Positions 11,656-25,600 of a stretch of 64,000 nucleotides of DNA are shown here, piece after piece. Numbering within the stretch: position 1 is the stretch's first letter; each line of letters begins with the position of its first letter. The DNA is from Phaeosaccion multiseriatum. Its lineage: Eukaryota > Protista > Ochrophyta, other classes. The position numbers were made by a program, and so were the translations under genes. The stretch is from the NCBI GenBank assembly GCA_965112735.1, contig OZ218950.1:5890001-5954000 (forward strand), given 5' to 3'. The notes under the pieces are model-generated. The model searched no databases and was not told the DNA's origin. It saw only the letters and a program-made list of their open reading frames with translations.

Positions 11656-14633
11656 GCCGACCCCTCTGCCCACTGCCATCCACTGCCATCCCCTCTTCTC
11701 CACACCGCAGCCCCTTCAAACATCACTATGGCTTGTGCAAGTGCGGCGCTGCGGCACCTCGCGGCGTGTGAGGAAGTGCGTGGCTTGATGATTCAACAGG
11801 GGGCCCTCAACGCTCTCTACCGCCTCTCGGGGGAGGAGGGAAACACCGCTACAAGGCAGGCGGATGCCATGCACGCAGTAGCCAAGGTGGGAGGGTGGGT
11901 GGGTGGATAGAGGCGTATGGGGTGGGTGGGTAGAGGCGTATGGGGAGGAGAGGTGGGTGGGTAGAGGCGTATGGGCAGGAAGGCTGGTGGGTAGAGGCGT
12001 ATGGGGAGGAGAGGAGGGTGGGTAGAGGCGTATGGGGAGGAGAGGGGGGTGGGTAGAGGCGTATGGGGAGGAGAGGGGGGTGGGTAGAGGCGTATGGGGA
12101 GGAGAGGGGGGTGGGTAGAGGCGTATGGGGAGGAGAGGGGGGTGGGTAGAGGCGTATGGGGTGGGTGGGTAGAGGCGTATGGGGAGGAGAGGTGGGTGGG
12201 CAGAGGCGTATGGGGAGGAGAGGTGGGTGGGCAGAGGAGTATGGGGAGGAGAGGTGGGTGGGTAGAGGCGTATGGGGAGGAGAGGTGGGTGGGTAGAGGC
12301 GTATGGGGAGGAGAGGTGGGTGGGCAGAGGCGTATGGGGAGGAGAGGGGGGTGGGTAGAGGCGTATGGGGAGGAGAGGTGGGTGGGTAGAGGCGTATGGA
12401 GAGGAGAGGGGGGTGGGTAGAGGCGTATGGGGTGAGTGGGAGGCCCTAGCCATGAGAGAGGGTTTCCAGGCGCGGCCTTTGCCTCGACCAAACAAACGAC
12501 GTGCACGCACATACAGAGGGACTAAACCCTCTCCTCTCCTCTCCTCTCCTCCCCTCCCCTCTCCTCCCCTCCCCTCCCCTCCCTCCCTGTCAGCTGCTGG
12601 TGACCACCAATCCCAACGTCCTCCCCGACCACACCCTCTTTTCTGCATTGGGCCCCCTCCTGGCCCTCTGCCAAGACAGCAACAGCTCCGATCTGATGAA
12701 GTTCGAATCCCTCATGGCTCTCACCAACTTAATCACAACTGGCTTCGACATGTGTGACCGAATCGTTTCTGCCAAGGGCTGCAGAACTATAGGATACCTT
12801 CAGGTACGGCGGGAGAGGAGGGTGTCAGGACAGAGAGGGATATGGTGTCAGGACAGAGAGGGATATGGTGTCAGGACAGAGAGGGATATGGTGTCAGGAC
12901 AGAGAGGGATATGGTGTCAGGACAGAGAGGGATATGGTGTCAGGACACAGAGGGATATGGTGTCAGGACAGAGAGGGATATGGTGTCAGGACAGAGAGGG
13001 ATATGGTGTCAGGACACAGAGGGATATGGTGTCAGGGCAGAGAGGGATATGGTGTCAGGACAGAGAGGGATATGGTGTCAGGACAGAGAGGGATATGGTG
13101 TCAGGACAGAGAGGAATATGGTGTCAGGACAGAGAGGGATATGGTGTCAGGACACAGAGGGATATGGTGTCAGGACAGAGAGGAATATGGTGTCAGGACA
13201 GTGAGGGATATGGTGTCAGGACAGAGAGGGATATGGTGTCAGGACACAGAGGGATATGGTGTCAGGGCAGAGAGGGATATGGTGTCAGGACAGAGAGGGA
13301 TATGGTGTCAGGGCAGAGAGGGATATGGTGTCAGGACAGAGGGGGAGAGTGTGTCAGGACACAGAGAGAGAGGGTGTCAGGACAGAGGGCGAGAGGGTGT
13401 CAGGACAGAGGGTGGGTGTGTGTCAGGATAGAGGGCGGGTGGGTGTTTGTGGATGTGTGGGTATGTGGATAGTGGTGGGGAGTGGGGGGGGCAAACGTCT
13501 CGTCAAACAAAGCCTCTGTAAGTCACTCTCTGTCCCCTTCCCCCCTCTATCCTCCCTCCCCTTTCTCCCCCTCACCATATCTCCTACCCCCCCTCCCCCC
13601 CCCCCCCCTCTACCCTTTCTCCCCCTCACCCTCCTCCTTCCCCTCTCTACCTCCTCTCCCCTCCCCACAACAACAAAAAAAAACAGTTCAGCGAGCACGA
13701 GATGGTGCGACGCGCCGCAACCGAAGCTCTCTGCAACCTTCTCGTGCACCCGGCCGCGCGAACCCACATTTCGCACCCCAACCACATGAAGCTGTGGCTA
13801 GCCTTTACCGGACTGGTGGAAGACGATCGGCCTACTGCTCTGGCGGCCATGGGGGGGCTCGCCATGGCAGCAGGGGATGAGGGGGTGTCACTTGCCCTTG
13901 TGAAGGCAGAGAGGGGTGTGGAGGTGCTGGTGGAGGTGCTGGAGGAGGGGGATGCGGAGTTTGCGCACAGGTGAGGGGGAGGGAGGGAGGGAGGGAGGGA
14001 GGGAGGGAGGGAGGGAGGGAGGGGGGATGGCGGTGAGGTGGTGGGTGGGTGGGTGGATGGATGGATGGCAGGAGTGGGTGGCAGTGGATGGATGGCAGGA
14101 GTGGGTGGCAGTGGATGGATGGATGGATGGCAGGAGTGGGTGGCAGGGTTAGTGAGGTTCTGCACGGACTGACTAATTGACTGTCTGACTGTCTGACTGA
14201 CTGACTGACTGACTGACTAATTGACTGTCTGACCGTCTGACTGTCTGACTGTCTGACTGACTGTCTTCCTCCCTCCCTCCCTCTCTCCCTCCCTCCCCCC
14301 TTCTTCGCTAGGGCGGCCGCAGCTTTGGCGGGAATTTGCTCTCAACCCGCCGGGAGCGAAGTGAGACAGCTGCTGGAGAGGGAGGACAAAGACCAAGGCT
14401 GCATGAAGAACGTTCTTCTCCGCCCCGCTCTGGAACGTTCCATCAAGCGGGCCAAGAGCAAGAGAGTCAAGGCGAACAAAGACGCCAGCAAAGGAGGCAA
14501 AGCAGCAGAGGCAACGGCGGCGGCAGCGGGAGCGTGGGCTCAGGTGGGGGAGTTGTGCGTACAGGCGGTCGCCAACTTGTCTCAAACCCAAGCTCCAGCT
14601 CCAGCAGAAGGAGGAGAAGGAGGAGGAGGGTGA
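4566..14633 (+). CDS. UNC45: UNC-45-like myosin chaperone (N-terminal TPRs + ARM/UCS domain), multi-exon
   Basis: TPRs LKGEGNGAFTRKEYDRAVENYTEAL, NRAAAYL, AEEDCSAALAIDP, ALFRRAQALE. UCS-type segments MVQAGVVPALIKL, RGLMIQQGA, AVAKLLVTTNP, FESLMALTNL, EHEMVRRAATEALCNL, MKLWL. Stop TGA 14631-14633. Confidence 0.85.
10060..10330. repeat. Intronic minisatellite, ~23-bp unit (GGGTGTCAGGACAGAGGATGGAT-like)
   Basis: Direct tandem copies inside an UNC-45 intron. Confidence 0.85.
11905..12435. repeat. Intronic minisatellite, ~30-bp unit (GGTAGAGGCGTATGGGGAGGAGAGGTGGGT-like)
   Basis: Tandem copies following the donor at 11887. Confidence 0.9.
12820..13430. repeat. Intronic minisatellite, 23-bp unit GGTGTCAGGACAGAGAGGGATAT
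   Basis: More than 20 near-perfect tandem copies; shares the GTGTCAGGACA core with the 10060 array. Confidence 0.92.
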
Positions 14634-15229
14634 TGATGAGGCAGCTAGGAGGAGAACGGGTGACGGACAACTGCTGCTGCGTGTGTTTTCGACCAAAAGT
14701 CCTTTGGTCTTCTGGACCAGGGGCAGGGGCCAGGCCGTGCTATGTACTGTTTACTGTATGAAATGGTAGGAGGGGGGAGACCCAAGACTGCCAGAGCAGC
14801 ACACTCTGCCGGGGCGAGTCATCGCCGTCCTGGAGCATCGCGTAAATACCGTGAGTAGCAGTACTACAGCCCTCACTAACAAACAATAGCACTCACAGAA
14901 GAAGAAGAAGAAGAAGAAGAAGAAGATGTGGCCCCCTCTCTCTCTGTGTCTCTTATGTTTATAACTCTCTCTCTCTCTCTCTCTCGCTCTCTCGCGCGCT
15001 CTTCTCTTCATCGTCGGTGCTGCAGCAGTGGGCGGAGCAAAACCCCCCTGAGACGGTTGCTTGGCCGACCCAACAAGCTGCAAGCTGCTGGCGTGTATCA
15101 CCTTGAAAATAGCCAGCTGTTGCCCCCCTGGCGTAAATAACCTTAATTATCGACCCGTCCTCTACACAGGCGAGCGTGTAGGCCGCGAAAATGCCTCGGC
15201 TGGTTGTGCAATGCCCCAATGCCCCGCTG

Positions 15230-15325
15230 TAAGTAAAGCAGGCCATGCTGCACCTGCTTGCTAAGTAAAGCAGGCCATGCTGCACCTGCTTGCTAAGTAA
15301 AGCAGGCCATGCTGCACCTGCTTGG
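15230..15325. repeat. 3 x 32-bp tandem repeat TAAGTAAAGCAGGCCATGCTGCACCTGCTTGC
   Basis: Three contiguous copies, each with an internal AGCAGG...CCTGCT inverted repeat; no spacers. Confidence 0.85.
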
Positions 15326-15729
15326 GGGGGGGGCATGCTCATACCACCGCCCAACACGCCTCCATTCACAGACCGGCGACGGCTCCGAAAAACAAGTCCG
15401 ATACTTTACAATGTAGAAGACAGCCCACCGCAGGGGCGAAGAACCGGGTACTCGATACCGTCTAAAGAGGTGCGGGCAGAGGCCCAACCCCCCCCCCCCC
15501 CCCCACACACACACACCCGGCTGAAACTGCAGCAATCAATCGTATGCCGTCATGCTGTCTGCAGGGGGGTGTAGGTAGTACATGAAACGCGCAGTTCCAT
15601 TCCATGCAGGTGGGCGCCCCGGTCTCTCGTGTCCTTGTCTCTGTGGACTGTGCAGCATCTACCCCCACGTCTCACACACTCCCACAGACAAGTGCTTCAA
15701 AGGCGGCAGCGAGGCTCAGACAGACAGAG

Positions 15730-15806
<77 letters not shown>

Positions 15807-16183
15807 GAGAGCAGCCGCCCCAACACCTGTCCCGACTTCAACAGAAGTCGGTCCCGATACCCCGTAGCGCCGTCCGCCGTCCGCCGGGCAGAAGAAAGAG
15901 GGCAGCCATGGAGAGGCAATTGAAGCCGACAGATGCCCGCAGAGACCCCAAGAGAGGGAAACTGCGTGTGTTTCTCGAGAAAATGCCTCCGGGAGGGGTG
16001 GTGTCTCCTCCTCCTCTCCTCCTCCTCCTCCTCCTCCTGCTGCTGCTCCTGCTGCTCCTGCCGCTGCTGCTGCTGCTGCTCCTCCCCCTCCCCCTCCTGC
16101 TGCTGCTGCTGCTGCTGCTGCCCCTCCTTCCTCCTTCTCCTCCTCGCCGTCGTCCTCCTCACGGGCAGGCGCGTGGGCATCTG

Positions 16184-17166
16184 TCAGTCCGTCATGAGTC
16201 GATCATCAGTCGATGACAAGTCTGAACCCCCCGTCTCATCGCCTTCCCCTCCGTGGAGAAACTGCGAAGGAAACAAGGGAGAAGAAGAAGAAGAAGAAGA
16301 AGAAGAAGAAGAAGAAGAAGAAGAAGAAGAAGAAGAAGAAGAAGAAGAAGAAGAAGAAAGAAGAAATAAGGAAGAAGTTAGAAAACAGAGAACTTGATTT
16401 GAACTTGACCCACACGTAGCTTTGCAACCCTTTAAGCGATAAAAGGCTAAAATAAAAGTCAGGGTAGTGACCTTTCGCCTCACCAACACCGCCGCCACCC
16501 TTCTTCCCTCCAGAAAGCGCCCCGAGGCTCTCGCCCCCCATGCTCTGTGCCAAGTCCTTTCCTTTGACTCCTTCCCACTCGCCCCCCATGCTCTGTGCCA
16601 AGTCCTTTCCTTTTGACTCCTTCCTTCCCACTCAGTCACTCACCATGAGCTCCGCGCCTCCCTCGTCTCCGGCGTCGTCGTGACGGTTCTGCCTCCCTTC
16701 GTCATGGCCGTGGCTGAGGCGGTGCTGTCTGCTGCCTTCGCGTCTCCCTTCCCGTCTCCCTTCGCGTCTGCCTCCGAACATGGGTTGCATGATTCTGAGG
16801 GGGGAGGAGGGAGGGGGGAAGGGAGAGGAGGGAGGAGGGAGGGGGGAAGGGAGAGGAGGGAGGAGAGAGGGGGGAAGGGAGAGGGAAGAGAGAGGAGGGG
16901 GGAAAGGAAAGACAGGGAGAGAGAGAAGATCGAGTGAGTACAGAGAGGCAGGAAAGAAAAGAGGATGAGATTCCACACCCCTGCCACCCACTGGTATCCA
17001 CTGCCATCGCTGACCCCTGACCCACTGCCATCCACTGCCATCCCTCACCTGGCCTCTATCTTGGCGAAGAGGTGAGAGGCCTCGTCCTTTACTCGGCCCG
17101 TGAGTTGTCTCCTGTGATAAAAAGGCGAGCCCCAACACCAGCAGCAACACAATTAACAACAACAAC

Positions 17167-17198
<32 letters not shown>

Positions 17199-20100
17199 CG
17201 ACAACAACAACAAACAACTACAACAACAACGACGACGACAACAACACCACCTACAAAGACGCAAAAAGATTGGAATTGATGCATCAAGGGCAGGCAGCCA
17301 GATAGTCAAGCAGGCAGACAGTCTATGCATCAAGGGCAGGCAGCCAGATAGGCAAGCAGCAGACAGTCTACTAGGTACGTAAGGGTATGTACGTAGGGAA
17401 GTACATGAGGGGCTAGGTAGGTACGAACCTGTGTGACTGCAAGTTGGCCATTCCCCGGTGGGCCTCGTGATCTTGTGTGTGCGTGTGCGTGAGGGCGCTG
17501 CCTTCGCTGGTGGACAGCACAGAGTAAGCGCCCTGCTTCTTGACCTGCATCCTGTTCATCAGAGGCTCCGTCAGGCCTGATGTGAGGTAAGACCGGGGGC
17601 AGCAGCCACGCAGAAAGAGGGAGGGAAGGAATAGCGCGGACGAAGGGATACGTGTGCGTATGTGTGAGTGAAGAGAGATGGAAAGAGGAGTATGGCGGCA
17701 AATGGGGCCGCACCTCATACCCCATACCCCATACCCACCGCCCCCAAAAAGGAGTGTCCGAACACCCCACCCTCCCCCACTCCCACCCCCACCCACCCTC
17801 CTCCCCTCTCCCCTCCTCCCTCCCTCCTTCCTTCCACCCCCCCTCCTCCGTCCCTCCTTCCTCCCACCCCCCCTCCTCCGTCCCTCCCCCTCTCACCTCC
17901 GCAGACGAGGGTGGTGAAGATGACAAGCATAAGTGTGGTGCTGGCGTACTCGTCCTTGCTCGGTCCGGGCATGCTCTGCGACAAGGCGAAGGCGATGGCA
18001 CCACGCAGGCCCGCAAACCACATCACCACCTGTTGGTGATACGGCGCACACGTACACACACCACACACACGTGTACAGACGCATGAACAGAGGCACGCGC
18101 ACACGCATACACACACATAACCAGAGACAACAAGACAGACACACATACACACACACATGTGTACATAGGACAGAGAAGGACATGGTGATATGGTGACATG
18201 GTGACATGGTGAGCGTAAGCATTGATTGCCTTGTGTGTCTCCCACTTGTCGCCCTTCCAACCCCCTCTCACCCCCCCCCAGACACCCTCTCACCAACCCC
18301 GCCCACCCCTCTCTCCCTCTCTCCCTCTCTCCCTCTCTCCCTTCGCATCTGCCCACCCCTCTCTCCCTCTCTCCCTTCGCATCCGCTCACCCACCTGCAT
18401 CCCGCCCGAGATTTTGCGCGTCCTCAACAGGTTGGCGACAAAGCTGAATGGGAAGGTGTTGAGGGCCCTCCCCAGGAAGCACGTGCCGATGGAGAAGATA
18501 ATAAAGCCCCAGTTCCACGCCTTGAAGAAGCGAAACCAAGGAAAAGGAAGCCCAAAAAGAGTCAATTTTCAATGCCCATCAGAGGGCCAACACAGCAAAA
18601 GCCGATTGACTATGAGAGGCAGCAGCGGCGGAACCTAATTTAGGTCCCTCTCAGTCCCCTCCCCCACTCATTCCTCAACCCTCCCCCACTCATTCCTCAC
18701 CCCTCCCCCACTCATTCCTCACCCCTCCCCCACTCATTCCTCACCCGTCCCCGACTCATTCCCCACCCCTCCCCCACTCATTCCTCGCCCCTCCCCCACT
18801 CATTCCTCACCCCTCCCCCACTCATTCCTCACCCCTCCCCCACCAGTCTCACCTTGAAACGGCCGGTGAACACACCCATCCCCATGTACAGGAAGATCCA
18901 AAACTCGGAGAGCGTGCCCATGGCAGCGAACATGTACTCCGACGTTACTCGGGAGGGAGGGGACAGGTTGTTGCTAGGGGGGGGGAGGAGGGAGGGGAGG
19001 GGAGGGAGGGGACGGGAGGGCAGGGAGGGGGGAGAGGAAGGGTGGGGGAGGGGAGGGGAGTGGAGGTTGGAGGAGGAGGGGAGGAGAGGTGTATAGATGT
19101 AGAAGAGGGAGAGAGAATTGACGGAGAGAGCACGTGAAACACGTTGAAGGCCAATCACTTACGAGTTGTAGTGGGAGAGGATGAGTCCGTTGAAGAACAG
19201 CGCCATAATGCCCGATAGCCCCACCGCTTCGGCAAAGGCGTAGGAGCCGTAGCTAAAGAGGAAGATGAGCGAAATCTCAAACTTGGGGTAGTCCGAGATG
19301 CGCGAATGCTTGCACAGGAAGGAGCAACAGAGGGCAAGGAGGGCTCCGACCGACAGAGAGCCGACGGACAAGAGGGCGAAGCCCCACAGGGTGGAAGGGA
19401 GGTAGGCCACAGAGAAGGTCTCTCGCGTGTTGTACTCCGCGAGGAAGATGCGGAAGAGGACAATGGCGACGGCGTCGTTTAAGACCGATTCTCCGAACAC
19501 CTTTGGATGGCAGTGGATGGCAGTGGATGGCAGTGGATGGCGGTGGGTGGCAGTGGATGGCAGTGGGTGGCAGGGGGGTGAGAGGTGGATGCCAGCGAAG
19601 GGATGGAGGGAGAGAGAGAGGGAGAGGATGGAGAGAAAAGGGGGACGGGGAGGAGAGACAAAGAGAGAGAGTAGTCCGATCCAACACTTACGAGTGAGTA
19701 AGTAGAGCATGGGGTCCATCAAGAGAGAGAGAGAGAGCGATGATCCAACAACCACCAACCCTATCCAGGAAGCCAACAATCACCACATCCTCACCAGCGA
19801 GTAGAGCATGGGGTCGCAGTTGAGCTCGGGAGTGCCCATGATGGACAGCGTGGCCACCGGGTCCACCGCGCTGATGAGAGCCCCAAACATGAGGGGCTCC
19901 ATCGGGTTAGACACGTCGATGTTAATGAAGTTGTACTGCGGGGTGTCAGGACAGACGCGGAGGTTGGTCTCAGGACAACGGGTTGGGGGGGTGGTAGGTG
20001 TCAGGACAAAGGGTGGGCTTGTGCCGTCCACTTCCTCCATCAGCTCCCATCCACTGGCACTACCCTCTCTGCATCCAATACCCCCCCCCCCCCCCCTCTT

Positions 20101-21727
20101 CTCTCTGGCTCTGCCATCCACTGCCATCACCCGCTCACCTTGCCGGCCAGATACGTGAGGTAGCCCACTACAAAGGTGGAGACGAGCGTCCCTGCCGACA
20201 AGAGCAGTCGAGTGGAGACGAGTGGAGGAGGAGCGAGCGAGCGAGGGAGGGAGGGAGGAAGTGAGTGGGGGAAGCGAAGGGACAGTGGCAATGTGTGTTG
20301 GTGGGTACGACGAGACACATGCCGTGCGTCAGTTTCAGTTCAATGGACCCCTCCCCCCAGATGGCAGTGCCAAAAACGCTCCCTGCCCACCACCCCCCCT
20401 CTATGCCTCTACTCTACTCAATCTGCTGCCCTCCCTCTGTACCTGCCCATATACCTGCCCATAACCCACATGCCTAGCTGCCCATATGCCTGCCCATATA
20501 CCTGCCCATAATAACCCACATGCCTCTCTACCCTCTACTTGATACATGCCCATACGCCTCTACTACTCACCCCCCACGGCAAAGAGCATGATGGTCCCAA
20601 TGTTGTTAAAGAAGCGCGCCTTTTCCAAGGCGTAGCCCGCCTCAAAGATGATGGGCGGCAGCAGCAGGAAGTAAAACAGCTCGGAGTTGAACGACAGAAA
20701 GTCCATCTCGTGCTGTGGATTTCAGTTTGGGTTTCAGTTGTTGGGACGTTTCAGGTTTCAGTTGGATTGATGTCGATGCCATTGCCTTTGTGCCTGCTCC
20801 CTGCTCACCTTGACCAAAACAAGTATACTCTACACGGTTCTGCTATACCCATATACCTTTGCCCTGCTATGCCCATATACCTTTGCCCTGCTCACCTTGG
20901 TGGGGTAGAAGATGCGCGCCATTCCCCCCACGATGACGCCCACTAGGATGGCAGCCGCTGACTCGGGCAGCATGTAAAGCTGAGGGAAAGGGAGGGGGGG
21001 CAAGCCAGAGGGAGAGAGGGGGGGGGAGAGGGAGTGTGAGAGGAGGGGGGAGGAGGGGAGAGGGAGGGAGAGGGAGAGTAGAGCGGGGCAACAGTCAGGC
21101 CCCAGCCGCAAGGACGGCATTCGATCCAAGGCTGAGGACCGCGCTCTGAGGCCTCTGCTGAGTGCACATGGGTGTACTGTGGGTGGGCTGGTGGGAAACG
21201 AATACTTCCTTCCTTTCCTCCCTTCATGTGTGCACGTGTGGAGAGTGGTAGCTTGGCTGGGGGCGGCCTGTAGACTACCAACCCTTGTACATCTATCTAC
21301 GCACCCTCTCTCCTCTCCTCCTTGAGTGCCCTGATTCCGCTCTCTCTGTCTACGCTCCCTCTCTCCTCTCCTCCTTGCTTGTTTGATTCCTGTCTACGCT
21401 CCCTCCTCCTTCCTCCTTGCTTGCTTGATTCCTGTCTGCCTCAATCTACGCCACCTCTCCCTCCTCCTTGCTTGCATGATCCTCTTCCTGTAGACCACCA
21501 ATCTCTCTTCATCTCTCCATCTACGCCCCACCCCTCCCCCCTCCTCCGCCTCCTCCTCCTCCTCCTCCTTTCTCCTTGCTTACCTGATTTCTCTTGATGA
21601 GATATGCGATAAGGATGCACAGGCCCAGCAGCACGACGAGCAGTAGCGTGTTGAGTGCACCGAACTCGTGTGCGTCCTCTGCCTCACCCCCCACAGGGTT
21701 GGCGACACTGCTCGAGGCAGAGTCCAT
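16184..21727 (-). CDS. NHE8: Na+/H+ exchanger, CPA1 family (NHE8/NHX-like), multi-exon
   Basis: [95 protein letters not shown]. Last exon ends DDRLMTD* at 16184. Confidence 0.9.
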
Positions 21728-22510
21728 CGCTGCTCAGCCAAGCCCTCAGGAACGAAGCTCTGTGTGGTGTTTGTTTGTCCGTTGAGTAAGGAGGGGGCAG
21801 AGGCGGGTGGCAGAAGGGGCAGCAAGCAAAGGGGAGGGGAGGGACGGGGTCACTTCATGCATGCAAGCAGAGAGTCCACACATGTGTGGCGGGAGACTGA
21901 GTACATGCGACAGAAAGCCTCCTCGGGGGCGGTAGTGGGAGATTGGATCAGCTCAGAGACTCCACCACGCCAGAGACAGTGAGGACCCCCCCCCCTTGGC
22001 AAGTAGACGGCAGCCGAGTGTTGGGGCACTCGCCTCGTGGGGTGGTGGGGGGGGGGGGTGGTTCAGCACAACACTCCCCCACAAAGCCTTTCGGGGAATG
22101 CCGATCAAGAGCTGCGGCGGCTGCTTTTCGTCCCCTCCATTGTCGATCCAGCGCTTTTACTGCCCACACACCACTCCGGCTGCTCTGGTTCAGCTAAGAA
22201 ATCAAACAAGAAAAAAGCAAAAAAAGAAGAAAAAAAAACAGGCTTGCTATGGCTGTTGTAATTTGATCGCCGCTCGTTGTGAGGATCGCTTAGGTCTGGG
22301 CCAGGTCGTTCCCGCTCTCCGCCCCTCCCACCCATGTTGAGGAGTGCACTCCCTCGCCTCGTTCACAAGAGGACCTGATCTATCTGCCCTCCTGCTCTGC
22401 TGCCTCGTCACCTTGGCTGTTCCCTCCCGAGCGATTGCCTTTCGATCCCTTCTCCCTTCACCTTGAACTTTGGTTCCTTTGAGAGAGAGGGAAGAAGGAA
22501 GAGGGCAAGC

Positions 22511-24168
22511 ATGGCAGAGATGGTGAGCAAGAGCTCAGTAGAGGCCGCAGAGGCTAGCGTTCCCGATGCCCGCATGGAGGAGGCGGGAGAGGTAGCAACG
22601 AATGCGCCCAAAGCAGCAGCAGTAGTCCAGAGAAGGGACGGTGAGCCAGCAGCAACACAGCATGAGCACCACCACCACCACCACCACCACGAGGGCTGCG
22701 AGCACGGGGAGGAGGATGCGCCCCCCCCCGCCATCGTGGTTCCTGGGGACGTGGTGGAGCTGGAGAAAGGTATGGAGTACCTCACCATTATCGGCACCAT
22801 CGCCGGAGTCAAGGTACGAGCGGGTAGCCGATGCTTCCGATCCCTGTCCTGCCTCCACCCCGACCTCTCTGTCCCCTACTTTACTCACCCTCCCCCCCTC
22901 CCCACCCCTAGGTGACCAAGGTGGCGGGGCTGGAAGGCCTCACGTCCCTGAAGGAGCTTACCCTCCGCTCCTGCCTCATCAAGGAGGTGGAGGGCGTGAG
23001 CACCCTCACACAGCTCACCAAGCTCGAGCTGTACGACAACCAGGTGCGTGTGTGAGTAAGGGCGTGTAGATACGGGAGAGGGAGGGGGGGTGAAGCGGCA
23101 CAGTGTCGCCCAAGAGAGTCATCTCCTGCTCCTGAGACGAGAGTCATCTCTCTCTACAAGAAAGCCTTGCTTGTCCCTCAACACTCCCTCTGCCCCCCCT
23201 TCCATGGTGATGCGATACACATCCAGATCCTGAGCCTGGGCGGCGGCTGCCTGGACACGCTGTCGCAGCTCACCGTGCTGGACATGAGCTACAACCTTAT
23301 CAACAGCATGGCCCCCGTCAAGGCTTGCCCGCTGTTGGAGGAGCTCTACATCGCACAGGTGGGTAGGTGGGTTTGGGGCTAGCAGGAAGGAAGGAAGGAC
23401 GTGTGCCGAGGTGTTGGGGGTGGCGGTCCGCTTCCCTTGCAGAGACTCACATGCTGCGGACCCTTTCACTCACCGTTGGCAGCGGCTGTGCTCTACTGCC
23501 CCGTTTAGATCGTTTTTTCATGTACTCGCATCGATGGGGCCTCCCTTGTGTGGCCTTTCCCCTTCCTTCGCTGTGCTGCTACTGTTGCTGCTGCTGCTGC
23601 TGCTGCTGCTAACCTACATACTGCTACTATATATATACTGCTGCTACTGCGCTTGCATGAGTATGATGCATGCCCTCACCTTACCCCACTCCACCCCCCC
23701 CCCCCCCTCACCTCACCGTGCAACAACACACCCAGAACTGCCTCCGCAAGATGGAGGGCCTCACAGAGTGCACTCGCCTGCGCAAGCTCGACCTCGGGGC
23801 CAACCGCATCCGAGCCATTGAGGGGCTCGACAACTGTACCGCCCTGACGGAGTTGTGGCTGGGCAAGAACAAGATTACGGCCATCGGAGGGTTGCATACA
23901 CTCACGGGCCTCATGCGTCTCGACGTGCAGGTAAGAGGAAGGGGCAAGGAGTGAGGGTTGGGGGGGGGGGGGGGGGATAGATGGCAGGGGGGAGGGAGGG
24001 GGGAAGGGGGAGGGGGATGAAGAGAGAGGAGGGGGGAAGGGGGGAAGGCATGGCTGTCGGTGGAGGCGGGGAAACAAAACGGAATCTTTGGAACGTCTTT
24101 GGAACGAAGCACAAGACGAGAAGGAGGTGGGGGGTGGCAACACGCTCGACCAAGCCAGACCAAGGCCA

Positions 24169-24219
<51 letters not shown>

Positions 24220-25270
24220 TGTGTGTGTGTGTGTGACACCACCAACCCCATCACTTGCCTATCCCCTCTCCCTCTCTGTCTTCCCTTTACTGTTTCGGAC
24301 GCCTGTTGTTCCTGCTCTCTCCTGTTACTCTTTCTCCCCTCCCCCCCCCCACACACAGAACAACCGCCTCACAGCCATCTCCGGCCTGGAGGCACAGGCC
24401 AATCTCCAGGAGCTGTATCTGGCGTGCAATGCCATCGAGTCCATATCCACGGGCCTGGAGCACGTAACGGCCCTGACCACGCTCGACGTGTCCACGAACC
24501 GCCTCACCAGTACGGAGGGCGTGGGCCACCTCACTAAGCTTGAGGATCTGTGGATGAGCGGCAACAAGGTGGCCAGCTTCGACGCGCTGCAGGTAAGCGA
24601 GTGAGTCGCCAGGATGGGGTGTTGTGTGTGTGTATGGGTGTGGGGATGGAGTGAGGGAGTGCGTCGGGTGTGGAGTGGAGTAGGCTGGAGTGGAGTTGGA
24701 CCGGGGGGGTGTGAGTGTGAGTGTGAGTGGGTCGGTGGAGTGAATAGAATGGAGTGGGTGGGAGGAGGGAAGTGTGGAAAGTAGTGGAGTGGAGTGAGGG
24801 GGTGGGAGGATGAGTGTGTGGAAAGTAGTGGAGTGGAGTGGAGTGAGGGGGTGGCAGGAGGAATGAGTGGAATGGAGTTAAGTGGGTGAGTGAGGGGGTG
24901 GCAGGATGAGTGTGTGGAATGGAGGTGAGTGAGCCAGAAATGAGACCCTGCATGATTTGGGTGTGAGCATATACAGTACGTGTTTTGCTTCGCTCCTCTC
25001 TGTGGAACATGCCTTCGTCCCTCCTGCACTTGAGACCCCGTGCACACCACACCTCCGCCCCTGCTCTTCACCCGCGTTGCCACCACCCTGCCCCGCCTGC
25101 CTCTCGCTCCTCCCCCCTCGCAGGCGGTGTCTAGCCTGCCGGCCCTGACGTGCATCTACCTGGAGCACAACCCCCTGCAGACGGAGTTCGAGTACCGGAC
25201 CAAGCTCAAGGAGATGTTCCCGCGCCTCACGCAGATCGATGCCGTCAGCTGTGGCGCCGTGGCCCGATAA
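22511..25270 (+). CDS. SDS22: Protein phosphatase 1 regulatory subunit 7 (Sds22), LRR protein, multi-exon
   Basis: SDS22-type LRRs LELYDN, LDMSYN, LDLGANRIRAIEGL, LWLGKNKI, LDVQNNRL and LRR cap IYLEHNPLQTEFEYRTKLKEMFPRLTQIDA. His-rich N-terminus; stop 25268-25270. Confidence 0.9.
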
Positions 25271-25427
25271 AAGTGCTTTTTAGTACGAGAAGTGTAAGAC
25301 TTGATGTTTTAGGAGGAGGATAACTGTAATGCGTCAAGTAGGTGGTGCCAATCCTTTACTTTGGGCTGGAAAGGGTGTTTTGCGGTACCGTGGGAAGACA
25401 GGGAGCAAGCTCAGCGAAAAATGGAAA

Positions 25428-25600
25428 AGTGTAAGAAACGACAGTGTTGGTTTGTGGGAGCAGGGGCACTCAGAGTGTGTGGCTGCAATGTTGTTCTCTT
25501 GGAAAGGGTGCTGCTGAGAAACACCAGTATGGTTTTTTTCACTGGAGGGACTTGTCTCAGTGATCAAGGGTGGTGTTAAGAAGAAACACCAGTGTTGGTT
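25428..25600 (-). other. Three degenerate orphan histone 3' stem-loop elements (no histone CDS)
   Basis: Minus strand AACCAACACT-GGTGTT-tcttctt-AACACC-ACCCTTG at 25567-25600 matches the H3 3' end at 39621-39653; more decayed copies near 25430 and 25503. Confidence 0.6.

Noticed and set aside
15230-15325. Palindromic 32-bp repeats resembling CRISPR repeats
   Set aside because: Contiguous with no spacers, in a eukaryotic context.
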